NCBI GenBank assembly: GCA_965203175.1
Contig: OZ241867.1
Span: 3,840,001-3,904,000 of the forward strand
Length of the DNA stretch: 64,000 nucleotides
Source: Candidatus Latescibacterota bacterium
GTDB lineage: Bacteria; Latescibacterota; UBA2968; UBA8231
Direction of reading: 5' to 3'
Shown: positions 17,506 through 26,537 of the stretch, one piece after another
How positions within the stretch are numbered: the first letter of the stretch is position 1
Layout of the letters: each line of letters begins with the position of its first letter
Notes under the pieces: model-generated
Seen by the model: the letters and a program-made list of their open reading frames with translations, nothing else
Told to the model about the DNA's origin: nothing
The model's database searches: none
Made by a program: the position numbers and the translations under genes

Positions 17506-19461
17506 GTGCGTAACATCCGTTCATTAGATGGTTCCAAGCCTCCTCGAATCACCTTGCGTGCTCTGATTCTGGGGGGGCTGACCATTGTCGCTGTATTCTA
17601 CTATCTCATCCTCGAGGTTGGACAAGCATCGGGGTCGGGGAGCTATGTCCGCTCGCAGTTCCCCATGGTGGCCTTTATGCCCTTCGTGCTGTGGCTTTTT
17701 CTCAACGCTGCCTGCGGACACTTATGGCCTCGGCTGGCCCTAAACCGGGGGGAACTGCTGACCATTTTCACCATGCTCTGGGTGGTGGGTGCCCTGCCGC
17801 AGTGGGGCTGGAGCGACTACTGGATTGCCATTATCGGAGCGCCCTTCTACATGGCCACACCCGAAAATCAGTGGTCGGACCTGCTCTTTCCCTATTTGCC
17901 TTGGCGCGTTTTTCCAGACTCCTCTCCTCAGGTTCTGGATACCTTCTGGATGGGGCTGCCGCAGGGGGCGGCGGTGCCGTGGGATGGTTGGATTGGGGCG
18001 ATTATCCAGTGGCTGGGAGCCTCGCTGGGCATGGTGGTATTCGGCTTTTGCTTGGTGGTGCTATTCCAGCGCCAGTGGATGGAAGCCGAAAAACTCACTT
18101 TCCCGCTGGCGCAAATGCCCCTCGATCTAACGCAGGGTTTTGACGGGCCGCGACGGGTGCCCGACCTGTTCCGCTCGGGTCTATTCTGGATCGGCTGCGG
18201 GGTTGTCTTGCTGCCCTTACTCTACAATATCGGCGCGTATTTCACGCCGGGCTTGCCGCTGTTTGAACTCTATACCAAGCGCTTCCATCTCGAATTGCCC
18301 CGACCCTTCCCGGGCCTGACCATTCGGGTTCTGCCCTTGGTTATGGCTTTGACCTATCTATGCCCGCTGGATATCCTCGGCAGCCTAGTTGTCTTCGCCC
18401 TGCTGGCTACTGTCAAGATAGGGCTGATGGATCGGGTGGGCTTAGTCGTAGGTGCAGAGGGTCAACCTTTGACACCGCAGGCGATCCTCTCGCTGGAAAG
18501 CTTGGGAGCCATCATTTTTGTGGCCTGCTGGTCCGTGTATTTGGCTCGCCGGCACTTGCGAGAGGTGTGGCGACAGGTGCGCACTGGGGAGGGGGACCGG
18601 CGCCAAGTCGGGATCTACCGCTTGGCCTTGGCCGGTCTGATTCTGTCGGCCTTCTACGTCATCGCTTGGGCCTGCAGCTTGGGGGCTAGTTTGCCTGTGG
18701 CCACCGGTGCCTTTGTCCTGATGGTGGCGACCTTTTTCGTCACCATCAAGCTCATTGCAGCCACGGGCTTTCCCTACCTCATGCCTAGTTGGCCCAATGC
18801 CAAGGGGAGTTCTTTCATCGTCGATTTGGTGGGCTCGGCTCGCCTGTCGCCACAGGATCTGGTCGCCTTCAAGATGTTCACCGGCCATGCCTTTTTTGGC
18901 AATATTCGCCTGCCGGCTTGGCCAGCCATCCCACACCATCTGCGCATTTTCTCGCTGCGGGATCAGCCCTGGCTGGTGACCGCTACGGTGATAGTCGCCT
19001 TTGCAACGGGTTTTCTAACCGCAGTATGGGCCAGCCTCGAGATGGCCTACGACAAAGGGGGGGCTGTTTTTCTCATGGGTGCGACCGGCCTCTTGGACGA
19101 GACAGTACATCTGCTGCAAAATCCCAAAGTTGGGGATCCGGGGAAGTGGGGAGTCTGGGGCTGGGGCTTGTTCCAAGCGGGGGGCATAGCGCTGTTACGG
19201 GCTCGCTTTCACTGGTTCTCGCTTCATCCCATTGGGCTGGCCTTTCAGCACACCTCGGGCACGTCCATCTACTGGTTTAGCCTGTTTTTGGTCTGGATAG
19301 TTAAACTGCTACTGCTGCGCTACGGCGGAGTCAAAGCGTACCGCAAGGGCAAGCCTTTTTTTTACGGCCTAGGCGTGGGCTATGTAATCGGCGTCGTGTT
19401 CTCGGGAGTAGTGGATGTAATCTGGTTTCCCACGCAAGGCCACAATGTGCATGACTGGTGA
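17506..19461 (+). CDS. DUF6785/DUF6784-like polytopic membrane protein, copy 4 (divergent)
   Basis: YMATPENQW, RQWMEAEKLTFPL, LHPIG, RYGG...KPFFYGL. Confidence 0.75.
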   Translation: MRNIRSLDGSKPPRITLRALILGGLTIVAVFYYLILEVGQASGSGSYVRSQFPMVAFMPFVLWLFLNAACGHLWPRLALNRGELLTIFTMLWVVGALPQWGWSDYWIAIIGAPFYMATPENQWSDLLFPYLPWRVFPDSSPQVLDTFWMGLPQGAAVPWDGWIGAIIQWLGASLGMVVFGFCLVVLFQRQWMEAEKLTFPLAQMPLDLTQGFDGPRRVPDLFRSGLFWIGCGVVLLPLLYNIGAYFTPGLPLFELYTKRFHLELPRPFPGLTIRVLPLVMALTYLCPLDILGSLVVFALLATVKIGLMDRVGLVVGAEGQPLTPQAILSLESLGAIIFVACWSVYLARRHLREVWRQVRTGEGDRRQVGIYRLALAGLILSAFYVIAWACSLGASLPVATGAFVLMVATFFVTIKLIAATGFPYLMPSWPNAKGSSFIVDLVGSARLSPQDLVAFKMFTGHAFFGNIRLPAWPAIPHHLRIFSLRDQPWLVTATVIVAFATGFLTAVWASLEMAYDKGGAVFLMGATGLLDETVHLLQNPKVGDPGKWGVWGWGLFQAGGIALLRARFHWFSLHPIGLAFQHTSGTSIYWFSLFLVWIVKLLLLRYGGVKAYRKGKPFFYGLGVGYVIGVVFSGVVDVIWFPTQGHNVHDW

Positions 19462-19469
19462 TACTCAGC

Positions 19470-20759
19470 TCAGGCATTGACCCCATAGACCATCGCTGGA
19501 TTGTCGCAAAAGGCCGCTTGGGCCACGTCGAGGGCAGTCGACTCGGATAGCAAGCCCTCTTCAAGCAGGGACCCTAGCGCATAGGCGAAATTCCGGCGGG
19601 CCATCTGCAAGTGTCCGTAGACCGTCTCGACCTGCTGCAAGTCATCCCCAAAGGCGATAATTTTGTTGTAGGGCACCATCTGGAGCCATTCTCTCAGGTC
19701 TAGCCGAGACCCGAAAGGGGAGATGATGTGGATCCAAGACATGTTCAGATAGACATTGGCGAAGGTCTTGCCCAACACAGCGCCCTCGCGCAGATAGGGG
19801 AAACCAGCGTGGGAGAAGTCAAAGCGGACTTGGGGGAAGGCCTGCAGCAGGGGGATGAGCGGCACTGGGCTACACCCCTCCATGCCCCCATTGTTGCCCG
19901 CTCGCATGCCTAGGTGAAACTGGACAGTCAGATCGGCTTCCGCGGCGGCCTGACAGCACTGGAAGACCAGATAGTCCTCTAGCAATGCGCCTTCTTCCGA
20001 ATCCAGTCCAGCGTAGTCGTCCTGCAACAGACGGTCAAAAATAACGGCGGCTTGGCCGGCGTCCCGCTCTTTGAAGTCCATGCGACGGTGGTAGGATTGC
20101 GACATCTTGACCCCGGCCACCCGGGCCTCCTTCCAGTCTCGGCACACCTGGCGAATTACTTCGACGTGCTGGCGCAGATCGCCGATGGACACATCGTAGT
20201 CGCGCTCGATCGCGTGGATTTGCTCGGCCGTGCGAAGCATGCTGAAGCGGTTGAGGCGGGGCAGGGGCAGGAATAAGGTTCGGTCCACCTCTATCAGATC
20301 TTCCATATTGACCACTGACATTGCGATATTGGCCTGTTGCTGTAGCACCGTTTTGTAGAAGCCCGGTTTGCTATGCGCTTGGATGGCCTCAGAGAGCGGT
20401 CCGACCGTGGCGGCTGTCAGGTCGTCGAAGCCGAGCAGATCGCGGAAGCCGGTCAAGATGCACTGGGAGTACCCGGTCAGGCGGATCCGGTTCCAGTACG
20501 GCTCGAATAGATCCCACCGCTGGTCTAGCGGGCGTCGAGCGTCGAAAAGGGCTTCTTTATTCTCGGGAGAGAGGCCGGCCACCACCAAGTCGGCGGTTGG
20601 GTAGGCGTGGTTGAAAAAGTCGAGGGCGTCCATCTGCTGCGCTAGGCGCTCGGCTTCCGGGCCCATGTGGGAGTGGGAGTTGATGCACGGTATTTTCTCA
20701 ATTTCTGCAAAGAGAGACTCCACCAGTCCCAGAGCTGGCACAGAGACGGTACTTCGCAT
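19470..20759 (-). CDS. Amidohydrolase superfamily protein (uronate-isomerase-like)
   Basis: INSHSH, VQFHLG, SHAGFPY, NVYLNMSW, KIIAFGDD metal-dependent hydrolase motifs. Confidence 0.8.
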   Translation of the reverse strand: MRSTVSVPALGLVESLFAEIEKIPCINSHSHMGPEAERLAQQMDALDFFNHAYPTADLVVAGLSPENKEALFDARRPLDQRWDLFEPYWNRIRLTGYSQCILTGFRDLLGFDDLTAATVGPLSEAIQAHSKPGFYKTVLQQQANIAMSVVNMEDLIEVDRTLFLPLPRLNRFSMLRTAEQIHAIERDYDVSIGDLRQHVEVIRQVCRDWKEARVAGVKMSQSYHRRMDFKERDAGQAAVIFDRLLQDDYAGLDSEEGALLEDYLVFQCCQAAAEADLTVQFHLGMRAGNNGGMEGCSPVPLIPLLQAFPQVRFDFSHAGFPYLREGAVLGKTFANVYLNMSWIHIISPFGSRLDLREWLQMVPYNKIIAFGDDLQQVETVYGHLQMARRNFAYALGSLLEEGLLSESTALDVAQAAFCDNPAMVYGVNA

Positions 20760-20810
20760 GATGGGTGCTTCCTTCTTTGTGGAATCGGGAGTAGAATTTG
20801 CCGCCCGGCA

Positions 20811-23591
20811 TCAATCTTTCAGGCTGGCGTACATTGTCATAAACACGGTACTATCCATTTGTGACCGGTCATCTTTTTCAACGCGCTCGCGGCTGATTCT
20901 ACGGATGCTGTAGCCGAGTTGGGCCGTGAGCACATAGCCTAGATACTGTCCCCTGTTCGAAAGCTGCATAGCTATGACTGTGCTGTTGAAATCCTCGGTG
21001 AATTCACCCGCTGCTAAATCGTCTTCATCAACCACCGAATCTCTGAAGAAGAGTTGTTCTATACCCGTCTCTATGGTCGTTCGCCGCAGAACGGGGAATT
21101 CGAAGGTCAGGAAGAGCAAACCAGTCCATTGATCCCGCACAGGGCGCACACCTCCCATAGAATAGGGAGTATTGTCCTTGAGTAATTCGCTCTTGATCTT
21201 CGGCCGCACCGTCAGAGTTTTGTACTGGTACAGATAGTCGGCCTTATTGATGATCCCGAGGAAACGCGTATTGTCCTTAAAACCTAGGTCGTTGCCTTTC
21301 TCCCGCTGCCTGACGGTCTCGTACTTGAATTTATTGGAAAAATTGACTCCGATATTCGTCCGGCGATCAAGGCCTAGCCAAAAAGTATTGATCCAGGTGT
21401 CTTGGGCGAAGAGGGGGTCGTCTATTGCTTGATGCGCTCCGGGCAGGCCTGGAGCTTGTACCCATTGAAAGAGATCGTCCTGAATGTCGTCTGCCGCCTT
21501 TTTGATCATGTCGAAGATACCCACCCGTCCAATCCGGGCGTACTCCTTTTCAAAGCTGACTAGGGCGTACGTGGTCAGGTTTTGGCGGTCGTCCGAAAGG
21601 AGCTGTTCGCGGGCCTGTCCGGCGGTGAGTTGCAGGTGCGGAGTTACCTGATTGCGCAGGTACAAGTTGTAGCCCTTGCGATCCCTCTTGTAGGGATAAT
21701 CGGGCAGGTTGTCGTTTTCGAACTGGTCGACCCAGCCGTTGTTGTTGAGATCGATACCAAAGAGATATTCAGGGCGGTCTGAACCATAGCGCAGGAAGGG
21801 TTCCTCGTAGTCCGGGAAGCGGTTCTCACTGAAGATGTTGCTATTTTGGTTGAAATCGGAGATGAAATCGTTGTTTTGGTCCCAGCCGGGGAACACGGCT
21901 TCGTCGGCGAAACCTTCGGCGGATCTTCCAGTTCTAGCGGCGCGGAATTCCTCACCCGTCCTAGGATCTTGGTAGCGCCGCTTCTGGTCGGGTTTCTTGT
22001 CTTGATCGTCGTTGTCGTCGACGAAGTCGTAGATGCTCCTAGTCCCGTCTTCGTAATCTACTCGGCCGCTACCGTCCGATATGAAGGGACTGGTATTGTA
22101 GGCCGCGTCCATGTAGAAGCCCTCGATAAAGAGGGACCAAGAGAAGATCGATTTGGACAGATTCATCATCCAGGCTTTGGCGTTTTCGGCGCCGACGAGT
22201 CCCGAGTACGCCTTGTGTGTCTTCACCCGGCGATTGGGATATTTTCTGTACTGGTGGTTTACGTCGAACTCGGTGTAAAAGTCAAATCCCAGGAAATCCT
22301 GGGCCTCGATCGTGAAGCCCAATAGCTGGTTAGCCGTGGGCAAGCCGTAGTTGAAGACCACTTCGCGCTTATTCGATCCGTCCTGAATATTGCCTTCGGC
22401 TTGGGCCATCAGCAGGAAGACCGGCTGTCCTTCAAAGTTGGTCTGCTGATCGGAAGTGATCTCGATCCGATAGTCGTTGACTAAGACCAGTCTGAAGCGG
22501 AGATCCCGGATGTTGTTGATGGCATCTTTGTCGTCGAGAATCACGGCTAGGTCGTTCAAATCGTAACGCAACGTGATCTGTTCCGTACCGTTGGCCGTGC
22601 GCACGCCTTCTATAATGGTGCCCCCCTGCCTATGGGGTGTGAAGCCGATCTCATTGCCGACTAGCACTGTGTCTCTGTCGCCGATAGTCGTCGCTATTTC
22701 TACGTTATCCGCTAGTAGGACACTCCCCCCGACATCATCGGCCGGTGAGTCGTCGCTCAGCCGGATGACAATAGTAGTGATCTGGTTTTGTAACTGCAGC
22801 GAGGTTAATTCCCCTTTGAAGGGATTGCCCTCAAAGCTCTGCACGGTCCCCCGGCCGTTGTGGGAATTGACGAAGACCCCTCCCAAGGTAATGGCATCAC
22901 CTAGCCGGACCCTGGTCCGGCCCCCTATCAGGTTGGTGTAGTTGTTGAAAGAGGCCGGATTGGGATCGGTGATGAAGCCCGGTGCGCTGATGCGGGAAAA
23001 GATACCAGTCAGCTCGACAGCATCCGACATGAGATCGACTTGGGCGCCGTTGTACACGGATTTGCGAAAGGTCATTGGCGTTAGAGTCGTGACCAGTTCG
23101 TCGCCAACGGAAATGGAAAAAGAATATTGACCTTTTTGGTCGGAGGCTACAATCAATGAGTTAAAGAAACCGGCATATGCTCCTCTTTTCAGCAGACGGC
23201 TGCCCTCGGAGATCCTCGGGTGATCCTCGGTCCAGTCGTAAACCAACCATCCTCTGGTCAGGAAATTTCCGTACACGTCGTAGAAATAATCGCCCCAGAG
23301 GCTTTGTGCCACATATCTCTGATAGGGATTGCCAGCGTAGTTAGTGTACTGCCAGGTCTGCCACTGGTACTCCTGATACAGCTCTTGGGGCAGATACCGT
23401 TTCCGCACCGATGGCTCCACGTTGCCCAGCAAGGTCTTGGGGCCTTCAGAGCGATACACCACTGTGCCGTCATTGGCTCGGTACCCTAAGCGAGCCCCAT
23501 AGTTTTGCGCAGCCCATCCAGTAGCGGACGATAGAGCTAGTGCGCAGAGCATCCCCACAACAACATACCACGAGCCGTACCTTCTTAGCAT
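20811..23591 (-). CDS. Large secreted protein of unknown function (926 aa), putative outer-membrane beta-barrel with acidic Ca-binding-like motifs
   Basis: RBS AGGAGG; signal peptide; DDNDDQD, WDQNNDFISDFNQN, IDLNNNGWVD; amphipathic beta-strand pattern at C-terminus; paralogue of 23681-26479. Confidence 0.65.
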   Translation of the reverse strand: MLRRYGSWYVVVGMLCALALSSATGWAAQNYGARLGYRANDGTVVYRSEGPKTLLGNVEPSVRKRYLPQELYQEYQWQTWQYTNYAGNPYQRYVAQSLWGDYFYDVYGNFLTRGWLVYDWTEDHPRISEGSRLLKRGAYAGFFNSLIVASDQKGQYSFSISVGDELVTTLTPMTFRKSVYNGAQVDLMSDAVELTGIFSRISAPGFITDPNPASFNNYTNLIGGRTRVRLGDAITLGGVFVNSHNGRGTVQSFEGNPFKGELTSLQLQNQITTIVIRLSDDSPADDVGGSVLLADNVEIATTIGDRDTVLVGNEIGFTPHRQGGTIIEGVRTANGTEQITLRYDLNDLAVILDDKDAINNIRDLRFRLVLVNDYRIEITSDQQTNFEGQPVFLLMAQAEGNIQDGSNKREVVFNYGLPTANQLLGFTIEAQDFLGFDFYTEFDVNHQYRKYPNRRVKTHKAYSGLVGAENAKAWMMNLSKSIFSWSLFIEGFYMDAAYNTSPFISDGSGRVDYEDGTRSIYDFVDDNDDQDKKPDQKRRYQDPRTGEEFRAARTGRSAEGFADEAVFPGWDQNNDFISDFNQNSNIFSENRFPDYEEPFLRYGSDRPEYLFGIDLNNNGWVDQFENDNLPDYPYKRDRKGYNLYLRNQVTPHLQLTAGQAREQLLSDDRQNLTTYALVSFEKEYARIGRVGIFDMIKKAADDIQDDLFQWVQAPGLPGAHQAIDDPLFAQDTWINTFWLGLDRRTNIGVNFSNKFKYETVRQREKGNDLGFKDNTRFLGIINKADYLYQYKTLTVRPKIKSELLKDNTPYSMGGVRPVRDQWTGLLFLTFEFPVLRRTTIETGIEQLFFRDSVVDEDDLAAGEFTEDFNSTVIAMQLSNRGQYLGYVLTAQLGYSIRRISRERVEKDDRSQMDSTVFMTMYASLKD

Positions 23592-23680
23592 GGATCCCTC
23601 CTATTGGACTGTGCGCAAAAGGACGGAGTACCCAAAGCAAGATTCTCCCTTGCTCCACAGGTGTAATCAGCGCCTGCCAT

Positions 23681-26479
23681 TTACTGTTCCACCCCGGCGT
23701 AGATGGTTATGAAGGTAGTGGTGCCAGTTGCGGTGGTGGACTTTTTGTCGACCTCCAGATCCATCATCTCGATGGCCTCTAAGGATGTCCTAGATAGTCG
23801 GAATCCTGTCTGTAACAATAATACGTAGCCTAGGTAATCCGTCGTGGTTGACCACTGAACGGCTAGGTTAGTCTCGTTTAGATCCCCCGTTGGTCCCAGT
23901 ACGCTGTCCTGGACCAAGGCATCTTCGTCTGCCTTCAATTCCCTTAGCTGTCTGAACTCCGTGCCCATTTCAATCATCGAATGCCTCAGCACTGGGAATT
24001 TGAGAATCACCGACAAGAATCCATCCCATTCCTCGATATCTGCCTCGCGGCGCAAGAATGGTGTGCGCTTCAAGTACTGGCTTTTGAAGCGCGGCTGGAT
24101 GCTCAGACCTTCAAGTCGGTAGGTATAATCAACTTTGTTGATAAGCCCGAAAAAGGACGACCTATCGTGGAGCGGGCTTCTGTCCAAAGCCCTGAGATCA
24201 TCGCTGCGCTGAACGTACAGATCGTATTTGATCTTATTGCGGATGTTCAACTGCGAAATCCGCGTATAGTCGAATCCGATAAACAGGGAATTCACCCAGG
24301 TATCCTGGGCGGGCAGAATATCGGCAACCTTAGCGGGCAGACCCGCCAAGAGAAATCCCTGTGGCGCACGGCGGTCATCGGGGATGGTATCTTTGGCTCG
24401 TTTTAGCATATTGAACGCCCGCAAACGCCCTAGGCCGGCCCAATTCTCATCCACGGTCACTAGCCCGTAGGTGGTCGTATTCTCTCGCTCGGAGGAGAGC
24501 AGTTCCTCGCGGGTCTGTCCCACGCTCACCCGGACACTTGGGATGACATGAGCTCCGGAATAGGCATTGTAGCCTCTGTGGTCCCTCTTGTAGGGGAAAT
24601 CTGGCTCGTCGTCGTTCTCGAAACGGTCAATCCAGTCGTTGTTGTTCAAGTCAATGCCAAAGAGAAATTCCGGCCGGTCGACCTCGTACCTGAGAAAGGG
24701 CTCGTCGTAATCGGGGATGCGATTGCTGATTGTCCGATTGTCGTTCTGGTTGAAATCGCTCACGAAATCGTTGTTTTCGTCCCAGCCGGGGAAGATGGCA
24801 AAATCGGGACCTGGCTGACCGCCTCGCTGCCAATCGGGCAGCCGATCCTGATCGTCGTTATCTTCGACGAACTCGTAGAAAAACTGGGAAGGCTGATCGT
24901 AGTTGATATCGCCATTTTGGTTGAGTAGGAAGGAACTAGTGGAGTAGTCGTGGTCCATGGAAAAGGCCTCGCCGAAGAAGAACCAAGGATAATCCTGAAA
25001 GGAGAGGTTCATCATCCAAGCATCCGCTCGGGTCGAAGCATCCTCAAAGGAACGATCTTCGGTAAACAGGGCTAGGTTGGGATACTGCCTGAATTTCTGG
25101 TTGATGTCGTACTCGCCGTAGAAGTTGAAACCTAGGACGTCCTGCGCCTCAACGGTAAAGCCATAAATCTGCGTGGCAGTGGGTAGGCCGTAGTCGAAAA
25201 CCAACCTTCTCCGGTTGGAGCCATCCTTGGTATTGTCGGGTGCACGTGCGATCTCGATCAGGACCGGATTCCTCTCGTCGAGGATCGCTCTGGTCAGAGG
25301 TGCTTCCGGTGGGGTTTCCTGCCCGGTCTGGCGGTCGGACCACACCTCGACTTTGTAGTCGTTGGCCAGGACCAAATCAAAGGTCACTTTTACGATCTCA
25401 GTCGGGTCGGGACCGACATAGGCCGGATCGTTAAAATCGTAGTTGATGATGATCCGCTGAATGCCGTTGGCCGCCAAGAAACCCTCTTCCCGAAAACCGC
25501 CTTCTATGACTGGCCAGCGCGTTGGATCGTTGGTTAGGTCGGCGAGGCTGAGCGTTTCGCGGATTCCGTTCTGGAAATCTTCGCGCACCACGATTAAATC
25601 GTGGGAAAAAAGCGCGGTTCCTCCCTCTCCGTCTTCGGGCGAATCATCGCTGAGCACGAGGGCGATGGCGTTAATAGGCACTCTGGCCTGCCCGTCGCCG
25701 AGTGTGCCCTTGGTGGGATTGCTGTCGAAGGAACCCAGCGTGGTACGGGTGTTGTGGGCATTGACCCAAGTCGCGCCGACGGTGACGAAATCGCCCACCT
25801 GGGCTAGGGCCCGGCCGCCGAGCATATTGGTGGCATTGGTCCGGGTATCGGCGCTGGAGACGGACGACCTGACCGGACTACTGATCCTTGAAAGGAGGAG
25901 CGTGCCAGCGTATTTATCGGCTGCGAGATCTAGCTGAATACCGTTGAATGCAGGCTTGGAAAAGGTCATGGGGGTAAGGGTGGTGCGTATCTGATCCCCC
26001 GTGGTTATGGAGTAGAGAGTACCGCCTTTTGAATCCGTGGCGATCAATACTTGATTGAACCAACCCTGATACCGCGAATCCTGGTAGATGGAACTGCCCA
26101 GAGGGGTCAAGGCTTCCTGACGCCAGTCGTAGATGAGCCAGCCCCGGTTGACGAAATTGCCGAACGTGTCGTAGAAATATTCGCCTTCCCGAGTCGTGTT
26201 TACGTAGCGCTCATAGCGATCTCGGGCATAGTTGGAGTATTCCCAAGTCCGGAAGCGGTAATCGTGGTAGAGTTCTTGGGGGACATACCATCGTTTCACT
26301 GTGGGGTCAAGGGCGTCGAAAAATACCCCTGGTCCCAAGGGTTCAAAGGTGACCTTGCCCCCCCTCTGCTGCCCGAGGCGGTTGTTGTAGTCTTGGGAAA
26401 AAGCCGTCGTGTTCAAAGCCGCGACTATCCACAGTGCTATCCATACTCTGGACCATTCTCTGTAACCTGCATCTACCAT
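23681..26479 (-). CDS. Large secreted protein of unknown function (932 aa), paralogue of the neighbouring gene
   Basis: Shared blocks PQELY, TTLTPMTF, LSDDSP, YGLPTA, FPGWD.NNDF.SDFNQN, RPE.LFGIDLNNN, INK.DY. Confidence 0.65.
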   Translation of the reverse strand: MVDAGYREWSRVWIALWIVAALNTTAFSQDYNNRLGQQRGGKVTFEPLGPGVFFDALDPTVKRWYVPQELYHDYRFRTWEYSNYARDRYERYVNTTREGEYFYDTFGNFVNRGWLIYDWRQEALTPLGSSIYQDSRYQGWFNQVLIATDSKGGTLYSITTGDQIRTTLTPMTFSKPAFNGIQLDLAADKYAGTLLLSRISSPVRSSVSSADTRTNATNMLGGRALAQVGDFVTVGATWVNAHNTRTTLGSFDSNPTKGTLGDGQARVPINAIALVLSDDSPEDGEGGTALFSHDLIVVREDFQNGIRETLSLADLTNDPTRWPVIEGGFREEGFLAANGIQRIIINYDFNDPAYVGPDPTEIVKVTFDLVLANDYKVEVWSDRQTGQETPPEAPLTRAILDERNPVLIEIARAPDNTKDGSNRRRLVFDYGLPTATQIYGFTVEAQDVLGFNFYGEYDINQKFRQYPNLALFTEDRSFEDASTRADAWMMNLSFQDYPWFFFGEAFSMDHDYSTSSFLLNQNGDINYDQPSQFFYEFVEDNDDQDRLPDWQRGGQPGPDFAIFPGWDENNDFVSDFNQNDNRTISNRIPDYDEPFLRYEVDRPEFLFGIDLNNNDWIDRFENDDEPDFPYKRDHRGYNAYSGAHVIPSVRVSVGQTREELLSSERENTTTYGLVTVDENWAGLGRLRAFNMLKRAKDTIPDDRRAPQGFLLAGLPAKVADILPAQDTWVNSLFIGFDYTRISQLNIRNKIKYDLYVQRSDDLRALDRSPLHDRSSFFGLINKVDYTYRLEGLSIQPRFKSQYLKRTPFLRREADIEEWDGFLSVILKFPVLRHSMIEMGTEFRQLRELKADEDALVQDSVLGPTGDLNETNLAVQWSTTTDYLGYVLLLQTGFRLSRTSLEAIEMMDLEVDKKSTTATGTTTFITIYAGVEQ

Positions 26480-26537
26480 CAGGTGTCCCTCCCATTAGCA
26501 AGCGCTTCTCAGAAGCAATCCATACCCCGGCCAGCCT

